This document shows, one piece after another, positions 38,350-47,607 of a DNA stretch of 64,000 nucleotides. The stretch spans positions 19,250 through 83,249 of the forward strand of contig PXDF01000227.1 of assembly GCA_003566455.1 (NCBI GenBank), read 5' to 3'. A program made the translations under genes and the position numbers. This stretch comes from Desulfonatronovibrio sp. Lineage in GTDB: Bacteria; Desulfobacterota; Desulfovibrionia; Desulfovibrionales; Desulfonatronovibrionaceae. Below the pieces are notes generated by a model that did not search any database, was not told the origin of the DNA, and saw only the letters and a list, made by a program, of their open reading frames with translations. Position 1 is the stretch's first letter, and the number at the start of each line of letters is the position of its first letter.

Positions 38350-38770
38350 TTAACCCAGGTAACGTTTGAGGATATCTCCGGCGGCAAGTCGATTTTTCCG
38401 GGTCAATGACCTGTTCTGAAGACGGCGTCCCAGATTGTTCAGCTGCAGGCTCATGCGCGGGTTATCCTTAAGCCTTTGGGCGTGCCGGTCCAAAAAATCC
38501 CAGTACAGTGTGGAAAACGGACAGGCATCCGCACCGACGCTTTGTTCAGGATCAGGTTTCGCATTATTTTTCCATGTTTCAGTTCAGATTCATACCCGGC
38601 CGATGCCTGCTGAAAAGGTTAGACAAATGAACGGGCTCTGTTTTCCCTTTGCCGGGATCCTGGCACTCTGACTCATGGGGCCGGACCTGAATGAACTGCT
38701 TCAATCCAGATTTCTGCAGCAGCATGCACCATGTGGGATCTAGTGTCCAGAGAACCCCGCAAAGCTGTCA
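38350..38770 (-). pseudogene. remnant of FeS-type (6-4) photolyase / CryB-PhrB family gene (C-terminal ~130 codons, frameshifted)
   Basis: The minus-strand frame ending at TAA 38350-38352 reads ...[37 protein letters not shown].... This is the PhrB-type C-terminal Cys-cluster region. Upstream pieces (GPMSQ...) occur in other frames and there is no N-terminal 350 aa. Confidence 0.6.
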
Positions 38771-38890
38771 GACAGACTTCTGAATATGTTTCAGGGCCGT
38801 TGAGACTTACCTCTCAGCCTGGGAAAAAGATTGATTTAAAGCCTGAGCCGGCAGATACCCTTGATTTCTTCTTCAAACAGGGGGCCGTCC

Positions 38891-39940
38891 TCAATGGGCC
38901 GCAGACAGCAGGTAGTGGGAAACGAACCATGAATTGCCGCGATTCCAGGCAAACAATTCCGAGCAGGCCATCAGAAAAATCCGCCAGCGCTGAAGCAGTA
39001 CCTGCCCGGAATCTCTGAAATCCCGGGGCAGTGCATTATCCAGCACCTTCAAGGCGTCCCGGCTGTTGCTGTCCAGGGTCCTCAGCCAGGCCTCCAGGGT
39101 GCGGGCATAATGCAGCCCGTTGATCCGCCAGTGGCCCTCCAGCCTTAACTGATCCTGGAAATAAAGCATGAGATCGTCGGAAGGCATCATGCCTCCGGAA
39201 AAAAAATGTCTGCCCATCCAGTCTCCAGGACCCTGTTTGAAAAAATACGCGTACTTTTCATGCGCAAAAACGTGCACAAAGACTGCCCCGGAGGGTGTGA
39301 GCCAGCCGGCAATACGTTTGAGCAGACGGCGCCAGTTACGCATATGTTCAAACATTTCCACGCTTACAATCCGATCAAACAAAACCCGGGGGTGAAAATC
39401 GTTCATGTCGGCACGTCTGGCCTGAAGATTGCGGAGGGAGTCTTCCGCGGCCTTACGGTTGATGTAGTCCACCTGGTTTTGAGCGTTGGATACAGCCATG
39501 ATTTTTGAATCAGGGTGCTTTCGGGCCAGCCACAGGGAAAGCGAGCCCCATCCGCAGCCAAGATCAAGGACGTTCATCCCGTTCTCCAGGCCAGCTCGCC
39601 TGGACACAAGGCAGAGCATAGCCTCTTCTGCAGCTCCAAGGTCATCTCCCGGCCCGGGTTTGTCTTGAAAGAGGCAGCAGCTGTACTTCATGGCCGGACC
39701 AAGCATTAACCTGAAGAATCCCGGGGGGACTTCGTAATGCTGAACATTGGCCAGATCAGGAACAACAGCAATAGGACAGGAATCCATTTCCCGGATGAGA
39801 GCCTTTTTCTGATCCAGATCAAGACTTGCTTCTTTAGTGCACAGCCCCTGCAGAACCCTTGCATGCCTCAAACGAATGCCCTGGCGGATCAGTAGGTCAG
39901 GAAGCAGTCCCTGTTCGGCCAGTTTGATGATAAGATACAT
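38891..39940 (-). CDS. cyclopropane-fatty-acyl-phospholipid synthase family methyltransferase
   Basis: HYEVPPGFF, YSCCLF, VLDLGCGWGSL and SVEMFEHM motifs of the CFA/mycolic acid methyltransferase family. Confidence 0.85.
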   Translation of the reverse strand: MYLIIKLAEQGLLPDLLIRQGIRLRHARVLQGLCTKEASLDLDQKKALIREMDSCPIAVVPDLANVQHYEVPPGFFRLMLGPAMKYSCCLFQDKPGPGDDLGAAEEAMLCLVSRRAGLENGMNVLDLGCGWGSLSLWLARKHPDSKIMAVSNAQNQVDYINRKAAEDSLRNLQARRADMNDFHPRVLFDRIVSVEMFEHMRNWRRLLKRIAGWLTPSGAVFVHVFAHEKYAYFFKQGPGDWMGRHFFSGGMMPSDDLMLYFQDQLRLEGHWRINGLHYARTLEAWLRTLDSNSRDALKVLDNALPRDFRDSGQVLLQRWRIFLMACSELFAWNRGNSWFVSHYLLSAAH

Positions 39941-40253
39941 AATTGTTTAGCCAATTGAAGTCTTCCTGAACAGGACCAGGCCAGGGACATTATCCCCTGC
40001 CAGGAGGTTAAACAAGCATTGAATGCTCATACCCCGCCCCAGCAGCCCTTGCAATGAAATTTCAGCTCCGGCCCTGGTCAGATTAAAGTCTATATGGTCA
40101 TATTAAGACCCGGAAAAATCAGAAGGGACTTATTTACGCTACTTTAAAAAATGTTATAAGCCGAAAAGGTTGTCAAGAAAAACCCGCCCTGCAGAATATG
40201 TCGGGTATTGTGCATCAGCACTTGATCATAACTGCTGCAGTTCTTATAATAAC

Positions 40254-41240
40254 ATGATGAATTCCCGAAAGATGAGTTTAACAGAGGCTGAATCACTTTT
40301 CAAAAAAAGCCTGGACAGCAGCAGAGGGTTTTTAGAAATTTTTTCCCAAAAAGCCCGAGCCTGGTTTCAGGCTGCCAGAATGCCTTCCCAGATTTACATT
40401 TTCCTGCCCCTGCTTCTGGGCCAGTCCATGGCCTATGCTCAGGGCTCCTTTTCCTGGGAAATTTTTTTCCTTTGTCATATCTATGGCTTGTCTGTTCAGC
40501 TTTTCATTGTTTTTGCCAACGATATCGCTGATGTGGAAACTGATATCAAAAACAGGACCCATAATATTTTTTCCGGTGGATCCAGGGTCCTGGTGAATAA
40601 TGCACTGTCAGTCAAGAGCCTGGCCCTGGCGGCTTGCTTTTTTGGGATTGTGTGCTTAGTCACAGGTCTTGCCCTGGGATGGACCGGCCGGAACTGGGGA
40701 CCGCTGATGCTTATTCTGTGCGGTCTGGCATTATTTTGGGCCTACAGCTACAGACCCTTGCGTCTCTCTTACAGGGGCGGCGGTGAATTTCTGCAGATGG
40801 CTGGAGTCGGGGGTTTGCTTCCGGTTATTGGCTACCTGGCCCAGCATGGGAGCCTGGACGGAATCTCGTGGCCTCTGATGGGCCTGATGCTTCTGCTGGC
40901 CTTTACCTGCGCCATGAGCACTTCCCTGCCTGATGAACCTTCGGACAGATTGAGCTCAAAAAGAAGCAGTGCCGTCATTTTTGGAAACCGGATCAACCAG
41001 AGAATAATCCTTGCCCTGAACGGAACTGCACTGCCTGTTCTGCTGCTCATGCCGGCAGCAGGGGTCAGAAGTGCAGATCTTGTTTTCATTTTCCTGGCAT
41101 GTTTTGTATTGTGGTTTTCAGGATTCCTGTTTCTGGACAACAGACCGGGCAGCCGGGGACTTCTGATCTTTGTCGCCTTGAACGTCGGCTTCAGCATGAC
41201 TTTCATGGCCGGGTTGTCTCTGGCCCTGTTCTTCAGGTGA
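40254..41240 (+). CDS. UbiA family prenyltransferase
   Basis: Polytopic membrane protein with the Asp-rich motif FANDIADVETD. The start is uncertain (ATG 40254 or 40272; the track ORF begins at TTG 40170). Confidence 0.8.
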   Translation: MMNSRKMSLTEAESLFKKSLDSSRGFLEIFSQKARAWFQAARMPSQIYIFLPLLLGQSMAYAQGSFSWEIFFLCHIYGLSVQLFIVFANDIADVETDIKNRTHNIFSGGSRVLVNNALSVKSLALAACFFGIVCLVTGLALGWTGRNWGPLMLILCGLALFWAYSYRPLRLSYRGGGEFLQMAGVGGLLPVIGYLAQHGSLDGISWPLMGLMLLLAFTCAMSTSLPDEPSDRLSSKRSSAVIFGNRINQRIILALNGTALPVLLLMPAAGVRSADLVFIFLACFVLWFSGFLFLDNRPGSRGLLIFVALNVGFSMTFMAGLSLALFFR

Positions 41241-41307
41241 CCTTTCAGCCGGTTAAAACTTTAAGAACCTTTATCCTGAAAAGGCTGTGGTGTATAGAAG
41301 TGATGCC

Positions 41308-43452
41308 ATGAAAAGATTTATTGCCTTAGAACATATTGATCCAGCTCAAGCCGGAAGGTTTGGCGCAAAGACCTGTTCCCTGGCATTTCTAAGCGGCCAG
41401 GGTCTGAAAGTGCCCCGTTCATTTGCCCTGGGCAGTGAAATTTTCCTTGAGTTCATGAAAAAAACAGGACTTGGCAGGACTATAGAAAAAATTATTAAGA
41501 CCCATTCCCTGGATGAAATGCGCTGGGAAGCCATCTGGGATATTTCCCTGCGCATAAGAAACCTTTTCTTGAAAACCAGGCTGCCGCCTGAGCTGGAAAC
41601 CCTGGGGCAGGAGGTCTCAGGCCTGCTGGCAGAAACTTCTTTCCTGGCCGTGCGCTCTTCGGCTCCGGGTGAAGACGCCGGGGCAACCTCCTTTGCAGGA
41701 CTGCATGAATCCCATGTACCAGTTCAGGGAAGCGAGGCTGTTCAGGAGGCTATTATACAGGTCTGGTCCTCGCTTTGGTCTGACCGGGCTCTTCTTTACA
41801 GACGCGAACTAGGGCTTGATCCCCTTACAAGCACCATGGCCGTGCTGGTTCAGGAATGCATCCAGGGAGAATACTCAGGGGTCGCTTTCAGCATTGATCC
41901 CACTGATGAAACCAGGATGGTCATAGAATCAGTTTCCGGGTTGAACGCGGCCCTGGTGGATGGTTCCACCCCCCCTGCCCGCTGGGTCCTGGACAGAAAG
42001 TCAGGCCGGATGATTTACCATGATCCCGGCCCCTGGGATACTGATAAAGCCGCCCTGCCGGACTCTGAGGCTGTGGATAGAGTACGGGACCTGGCGATAC
42101 ACTGCGAAAAGCTTCTGGGCAGGCCGCAGGACGTGGAATGGACCATGCGCGGAGGAATTCTTTATTGCCTTCAATCCCGGCCGGTAACTACATCTGCTGA
42201 CAATCATGACCCGCAAGAGATCCAGGACAAAAGGCCCTGGTATCTCAGCCTGCACCGCAGCTTTGAAAACCTGAAGACCCTTGGAAAAGAAATTGAGGAA
42301 GGGCTTTTGCCGGCCTTGGAAGAACTGAGCTCGGAAATGGCCGGAACAGATTTGTCCCGGATGAACATTGACGCGCTGACCAGGGAGGTAATCTCCAGAC
42401 ACACCCAGATGCGCAAATGGAGAGAAGTCTACAGTACCCGCTTCATTCCAATGGCTCATGGCGTAAGACTTCTGGGCATGGTCTATAATGATGCTCTCAG
42501 GCCTGATGATCCCTTTGCCTTTACAGATCTTTTGCGCGGCAGTGACCTGGAGGCTTTGCGCCGCAACCAGGCCCTGGAGAACCTGGCAGATCTGGTTCGC
42601 GGTAACCCGGTTCTGAGTGGTATGCTGGAAAATGGCCGGGATCCTTTGTCTGAACTCAACAATCAGGAATTTATTGATCTTTTTGAAAGATTTGTCCAGG
42701 ACCATGGATCACTTCTGTGCTCATCTGCCTGGTGCACAGAGGGACATCACGGTCTGCTCTCACTTATCCTTGAAATGGCCAAAAAAAGTCCTGCCGGAAA
42801 CTTAACAGACCAGAAAGATCCCGGTCTTCTCCTTGAACAGGATTTTCTCAGAGCCTTTCCCCTGGAACGGCGTGAATTTGCCCGTAGCATCCTGGAACTT
42901 GGCCGCGCCTCTCACCGCATCCGTGATAATGACAACCTGGCCATGGGCCGTCTTCAGGCGGAACTGATCCGGGTTGTTGATGAAGGACGGGCAAGACTGG
43001 CAATGAAAGATATTCCGGCATTAAGGGCTGCTCTTGAGGATATCCCTCAAGAATACCTGGATGTTACCAGCCCGGCAGGCAGAAGTTCCTACAGCAGCTC
43101 CGAGGTTCAAGATGAAGCCGAGGGGATTTTCATCGGACACCCGGCAGGTCCCGGGCTGGCCCGTGGACCAGCCCGGGTAATTAACGAACCCTCGGAACTT
43201 TTCCAGTTCCGGCAGGGCGACATCCTGGTATGCCAGGCCATGGACCCAGGAATGTCTTTTGTGGTTCCCCTGGCAGCGGGCATTGTTGAAGCCAGGGGAG
43301 GAATGCTGGTCCATGGAGCGATTATTGCCAGGGAATATGGTCTGCCCTGCGTAACCGGCCTCAATAGATCCCTGAACCTGATCAGCAGCGGTGACCTGCT
43401 CCTTGTGGACGGCTATAAAGGCATTGTTTCACGTCAGCTGAAACAGAACTGA
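41308..43452 (+). CDS. PEP/pyruvate-binding (ATP-grasp) plus PEP-utilising mobile His domain protein (PpsA/rifampicin-phosphotransferase-like dikinase)
   Basis: N-terminal GAKTCSLAFL..., VAVRSSAPGED and FAGLHES (PPDK_N type). C-terminal swivel domain GGMLVHGAIIAREYGLPCV. Confidence 0.8.
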   Translation: MKRFIALEHIDPAQAGRFGAKTCSLAFLSGQGLKVPRSFALGSEIFLEFMKKTGLGRTIEKIIKTHSLDEMRWEAIWDISLRIRNLFLKTRLPPELETLGQEVSGLLAETSFLAVRSSAPGEDAGATSFAGLHESHVPVQGSEAVQEAIIQVWSSLWSDRALLYRRELGLDPLTSTMAVLVQECIQGEYSGVAFSIDPTDETRMVIESVSGLNAALVDGSTPPARWVLDRKSGRMIYHDPGPWDTDKAALPDSEAVDRVRDLAIHCEKLLGRPQDVEWTMRGGILYCLQSRPVTTSADNHDPQEIQDKRPWYLSLHRSFENLKTLGKEIEEGLLPALEELSSEMAGTDLSRMNIDALTREVISRHTQMRKWREVYSTRFIPMAHGVRLLGMVYNDALRPDDPFAFTDLLRGSDLEALRRNQALENLADLVRGNPVLSGMLENGRDPLSELNNQEFIDLFERFVQDHGSLLCSSAWCTEGHHGLLSLILEMAKKSPAGNLTDQKDPGLLLEQDFLRAFPLERREFARSILELGRASHRIRDNDNLAMGRLQAELIRVVDEGRARLAMKDIPALRAALEDIPQEYLDVTSPAGRSSYSSSEVQDEAEGIFIGHPAGPGLARGPARVINEPSELFQFRQGDILVCQAMDPGMSFVVPLAAGIVEARGGMLVHGAIIAREYGLPCVTGLNRSLNLISSGDLLLVDGYKGIVSRQLKQN

Positions 43453-43468
43453 CACCCGGATCAGAAAG

Positions 43469-43876
43469 CTAACTGATCCATTTAGCCGCCTTGAAACTCA
43501 AAGCGGCAACCGTGGCGCACAGAAAAAACCCCCAGGCTACATCAACAATCACCACCTTAAGGGGCCAGCCCTTGATCAGAGCCATGTTGGTCAGTTCATA
43601 GGTAGCGTAGGTAAAGAAACCAAACAGACCGCCCCAGACAACTGCCCTTGCCAGGGAATCCTTTTCAATGGCCGGGACCACGGCAAAGAAAATAATCCCG
43701 ACTATGTATATGAGATAAAAGATAATGGCCGCTGCCCAGTTGACTTCCGGGCTCAAGATGAAGCCCAGGTTCTTTTGGTAGAAATTCCTGGCTATGAGTC
43801 CAAGCCAGACCATGTCCACCAGGAAAAAAACAGGTACAGTCACGAGGTAGAGTTTGATATAGAACAAAATGTTCAT
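43469..43876 (-). CDS. DUF2177 family membrane protein
   Basis: 135-aa, 4-TM protein whose sequence pattern I recognise as DUF2177. Confidence 0.65.
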   Translation of the reverse strand: MNILFYIKLYLVTVPVFFLVDMVWLGLIARNFYQKNLGFILSPEVNWAAAIIFYLIYIVGIIFFAVVPAIEKDSLARAVVWGGLFGFFTYATYELTNMALIKGWPLKVVIVDVAWGFFLCATVAALSFKAAKWIS

Positions 43877-44106
43877 GTATGTCCTCCTGAAGCAGTCATA
43901 AAAATTAAATACTTATGTAAATATTTAAGTGAAGGCCACTGTAAGTCAATATGAAAACCTGCTTTATCAGGGAAAATCAATTAATAGCATAATCTTCTTG
44001 CAAAAAACAGGGGATCACCGGGCCCTGCCTGGAGCGGATTTTTCCGGATTTATCTTTGTGTCGCTGAAAATTTTTCCCCAATCTAAGCCTGACAATTACA
44101 AAAAAT

Positions 44107-44739
44107 CTATCTCGTCTCCAGCTCGTCAAAACAGGATATGCACAATACCTGCTCATTGAACCTGCGGGTCCTGGTTTCCATGGTCTGCTCACCGCAGGAT
44201 TCGCAGACAATGCTGGAGAATATGCGGGCCTTTTTGGGTAACCCTTCCCTAGGCGCTTTGACTTCAAACACCTCGCTCAGGTCAGACTCCATTATTCTTC
44301 TGGAGATTTCCTGCCGGGTCTGTTTCCACAGGTTTTCTTCCTCATTGGTCAGTCCCTGGTTCTGCATCTTATGATGCAATTTGCCCAGGATGGCTGAGCT
44401 GTCACCATATATTGAAGGGCGCAGCACCAGGCGGGCTGATTTGTTGTCTCTTCTGCGGAAGAAGGTGAAGGCGTTTTTGCCCAGGTCCTTATGGATCAGG
44501 TTGCCCTTTCCAAAGGTACACCCTGTCAGGTACTGGATGGCGTCCACCCCGCACATGTCTGTTTCAACAACTGCCACGATTTCTTCGTCAGGCGATTTGC
44601 CCAACTCGGCCAGGGCCCATTCCGCGGCCCGGATGCCGATGGCCAGACCCGGGCACCAATGGCCGTGAAACCCGGTTGTTTTTTTAATGGTTTCCTGATC
44701 GATCCTTTCATGCTCCATAATATCCTCCATATTAATCAT
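44107..44739 (-). CDS. FmdE family protein with C-terminal zinc ribbon
   Basis: FHGHWCPGLAIGIRA motif and a C-terminal CESCGE...CISC ribbon. Confidence 0.85.
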   Translation of the reverse strand: MINMEDIMEHERIDQETIKKTTGFHGHWCPGLAIGIRAAEWALAELGKSPDEEIVAVVETDMCGVDAIQYLTGCTFGKGNLIHKDLGKNAFTFFRRRDNKSARLVLRPSIYGDSSAILGKLHHKMQNQGLTNEEENLWKQTRQEISRRIMESDLSEVFEVKAPREGLPKKARIFSSIVCESCGEQTMETRTRRFNEQVLCISCFDELETR

Positions 44740-44833
44740 CTTTTGAATAGTTGTAACTGTTCACCATTTTCGCGGCCTGCCTTTGACGCTGAGGTTAACC
44801 AAAAACCATGGTGAATAAAGACGAATAGTTTAT

Positions 44834-46771
44834 TTAAATCAATGGGAAATGACACCTGACAAAATGAGCTCCCTGGCCGGTTTGCCGCGTTTCCGGATTG
44901 TCTTTTACGCATAAATCTCTTTTCCGGCCGCACCTTGGGACAAAAGGGCAGCCTTTGCGCGGGTCGGGTTTCAAACTGACAGTTCCTTCATGGACCCTTG
45001 GTCCGGCTCCATTCATGAGCAGCCCGGTATATGGATGGGCAGGCTTGTTTAAAATCTGCGCAGCTGAACCACTCTCAACCATCCTCCCGGCCAGCATCAC
45101 CCCGATGCGGTCCCCGATTTTTCTGGCCAGTCCAATGTCATGGGTCACAAAGAGCATGGTCAAACCTTTTTCGATCTGAAGGTCAAGAATCATCTTGAGA
45201 ACCTTGGCCTGAACACTTGGATCAAGAGAGCTGGTGGGCTCATCAGCTATGAGCAGGGAAGGACCTGTCACCAGCGCCCTGGCAATACATATTCTCTGCA
45301 GGGCTCCCATGTTCAGTTCATGCGGATAACGACGCAGAAATTCCGGTTCAGTGGACAGGTGCACGTCCTTAAGAGAGCTTAGTACTTTTTCCTGGATTTC
45401 CTGTCTGCTGTAATGTCCTTGAATTTTCAAGGGTTCTGCAACGATCTCGAAAACCGAAAACCTGTGGCTCACCGCCTGGGCAGGATGCTGATGAACCAGA
45501 CCGATCTGTCTGGCCAGGGAAAGGTAGTCCTGCCTGATCCATTGATCCATGTCCCGCTGGTTGTAAATCAGGGTGCCGCTGTCCTGCTCAAGCAGAGCCG
45601 CTCCGATCATGGCCAGAGTGGTCTTGCCAGAGCCTGACTCGCCCACAAGACAGAATGTCTCCCCGGCCTTGAGTTCCAGGTCTACGAGATGCACGGCGGT
45701 CTTGCCGGCATAGCTTTTGGAAATGCTTTTCAGCCTGAGCAAAGTAGCTATGCCTCCCCGGACGCACCTGAGCTCATGGCCGTCATCTTTCCGGAGGGCA
45801 ACTTCCTTTTCCCGGCACTCAGGTATGGCCTGGGTGCATCGGTCCACGAACAGGCAGCCCCCGGGAGTCGCGTGACTGTGCTCATGCTCCTGGTCGGGGC
45901 CGATAAGATGAGAATGAGACCGGATATTCCCGTTTTCCTCCCTGTGACGGTGAACCATGCGGTAAAACGCGTCTCCCCTGATTCCGCCGAGGTCGCGGTG
46001 GGTATCCAGGGCCGGATAGGACCTGGCAAGGGCCAGGGTATAGGGATGCCTGGGAGAAAGGAAAAGCTCCCCGGCCGGAAGGACCTCCATGACTTGACCC
46101 AGATAAAGGACCACGGCTTCATCAGCCGTATCACGCGCCAGGTCCAGGTCATGCGTAATGACCAGAACGGCCTGTCCATTATTTTTGGCGCCAAGGATGA
46201 CCCGGCGGATGATGGCCTTGTTCATGGAGTCCAGGGACGCAGTGGGCTCGTCCAGGATGATGATTTCAGGGTTCATGATCAATGCCATGGCCAGAAGGCA
46301 ACGCTGTATTTCACCGCCGCTGACCTGGTGTGGAAAGCGGCTTCCAAGACCAGGATCCAGTTCCATTTGTTCCAGGGCCTTTTGGGTCTGGATTCGGGCA
46401 TCTTTCCTGTTGCAACCCTGCTTCTGAACCAATGGCTCGGCAACCTGGTCGAGTATCCGTTGCACGGGGTTCAGGCTTTCCGCGCCGTTCTGAAAGAGCA
46501 TTGATATTTTGGACCAGCGGATATTGTTCATTTCCGGTGCAGGCAAAGACAGCAGTTCCAGGTTGTCCAGATTCACACTGCCTTCTAACCGGGCATAATC
46601 AGGCAGCAGTCCCATGACGGCTTTTCCCAGGGTGGTCTTGCCTGAGCCGGACTCGCCCACCAGGGCAGTGACTTTACCCGGGGTCAACTCCAGACACAGT
46701 CTTTCCAGGGCCAGAAGCATGTGTTCGTTGGAGACGTAAGTAACGCTTAGATTTTTGATTGTCAGGTTCAC
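44834..46771 (-). CDS. fused double ATP-binding subunit of an Opp/Dpp/Nik-type ABC transporter, with a His-rich linker
   Basis: Two Walker A sites (GESGSGKTT twice), two LSGG-type signatures and a linker HRHREENGNIRSHSHLIGPDQEHEHSH. Confidence 0.9.
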   Translation of the reverse strand: MNLTIKNLSVTYVSNEHMLLALERLCLELTPGKVTALVGESGSGKTTLGKAVMGLLPDYARLEGSVNLDNLELLSLPAPEMNNIRWSKISMLFQNGAESLNPVQRILDQVAEPLVQKQGCNRKDARIQTQKALEQMELDPGLGSRFPHQVSGGEIQRCLLAMALIMNPEIIILDEPTASLDSMNKAIIRRVILGAKNNGQAVLVITHDLDLARDTADEAVVLYLGQVMEVLPAGELFLSPRHPYTLALARSYPALDTHRDLGGIRGDAFYRMVHRHREENGNIRSHSHLIGPDQEHEHSHATPGGCLFVDRCTQAIPECREKEVALRKDDGHELRCVRGGIATLLRLKSISKSYAGKTAVHLVDLELKAGETFCLVGESGSGKTTLAMIGAALLEQDSGTLIYNQRDMDQWIRQDYLSLARQIGLVHQHPAQAVSHRFSVFEIVAEPLKIQGHYSRQEIQEKVLSSLKDVHLSTEPEFLRRYPHELNMGALQRICIARALVTGPSLLIADEPTSSLDPSVQAKVLKMILDLQIEKGLTMLFVTHDIGLARKIGDRIGVMLAGRMVESGSAAQILNKPAHPYTGLLMNGAGPRVHEGTVSLKPDPRKGCPFVPRCGRKRDLCVKDNPETRQTGQGAHFVRCHFPLI

Positions 46772-47607
46772 ATTATTTCCTTGAGTCTCGGATCAAAAAC
46801 CTTCTCCAGGCTCAGGGCCAGAAAGGTTACGCCCATGATCAGCAGGGTCAGGCAGACGACCGGGGGCAAAAGCCAGTTCCACCATATGTCCAGGTAGTAA
46901 TACCTGAGGGCGTAATTGATCATCATGCCCAGAGACTTCCTGCCGGGATCAAGAAGCCCCAGAAAACTCAGGGACACTTCCATGAACATGGCCATTCTTG
47001 CCTTGGAAGCAAAGCCGATGAGATACAGGGGATAGAGTTCAGGCATGAGATGTGTGCGGATGATGTACAGTCCGGAAGCCCCCATCTGGCGTGATGCATG
47101 AATGTGCAGCCCAGTCTTGACCGCCAGGGTCTGGGCGCGGACCACCTTGGCTATGGTCGGCCAGGACAGGGCAGCCAGGATCAGGGCCAGGTACAGGGGC
47201 GTCGGCCTGAAAAAGGCGGCCAGGAGAATTAGGATCATGACGGCTGGAACAGCCAGGAGAACATCAGACAGCCGCATTATGACCAGATCCGGAATTCCGC
47301 GGAACCAGGCGCTGAAAAGCCCGGCTCCCGAGCCGATTACTAAGCAGACCAGGCCGGTGAAAAGACCGAAATACAGAGTATTCTTCATCCCGGCCAGGAG
47401 TTCTGAAAAAATATCCATGCCTCCATCGTTTACTCCCAGCCAGTGCTCAGCTGAAGGAGGGCTGAATGGGGTAAAGGCCATGTCGTGAGGGTCATGGACA
47501 ACCAGCACGGGAGATAACAGAAGAAAAATCAATATGAAGGCTGAAACTGCCCCCCCGGAAACAAACCACGGGTCACGAAGGAGTCTTGTTTTGAAGTTAA
47601 GATGCAT
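46768..47607 (-). CDS. ABC transporter permease (DppC/NikC-like)
   Basis: BPD-type permease. Start moved to the ATG at 47607 (MHLNFKTRLL), overlapping the upstream stop. Confidence 0.85.
   Translation of the reverse strand: MHLNFKTRLLRDPWFVSGGAVSAFILIFLLLSPVLVVHDPHDMAFTPFSPPSAEHWLGVNDGGMDIFSELLAGMKNTLYFGLFTGLVCLVIGSGAGLFSAWFRGIPDLVIMRLSDVLLAVPAVMILILLAAFFRPTPLYLALILAALSWPTIAKVVRAQTLAVKTGLHIHASRQMGASGLYIIRTHLMPELYPLYLIGFASKARMAMFMEVSLSFLGLLDPGRKSLGMMINYALRYYYLDIWWNWLLPPVVCLTLLIMGVTFLALSLEKVFDPRLKEIM

Noticed and set aside
38149-39018. Three plus-strand ORFs of 78-95 aa
   Set aside because: They lie over the photolyase remnant and the 3' ends of arfB and the CFA-like gene. They have no SD or motifs, and the minus strand carries the recognisable homology.
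42001-42705. 234-aa minus-strand ORF
   Set aside because: It is antisense within the PEP-utilising enzyme gene and has no motif support.
45689-46504. 271-aa ORF on the plus strand
   Set aside because: It is antisense to the ABC ATPase gene, whose Walker and signature motifs are unambiguous. It is a shadow ORF.
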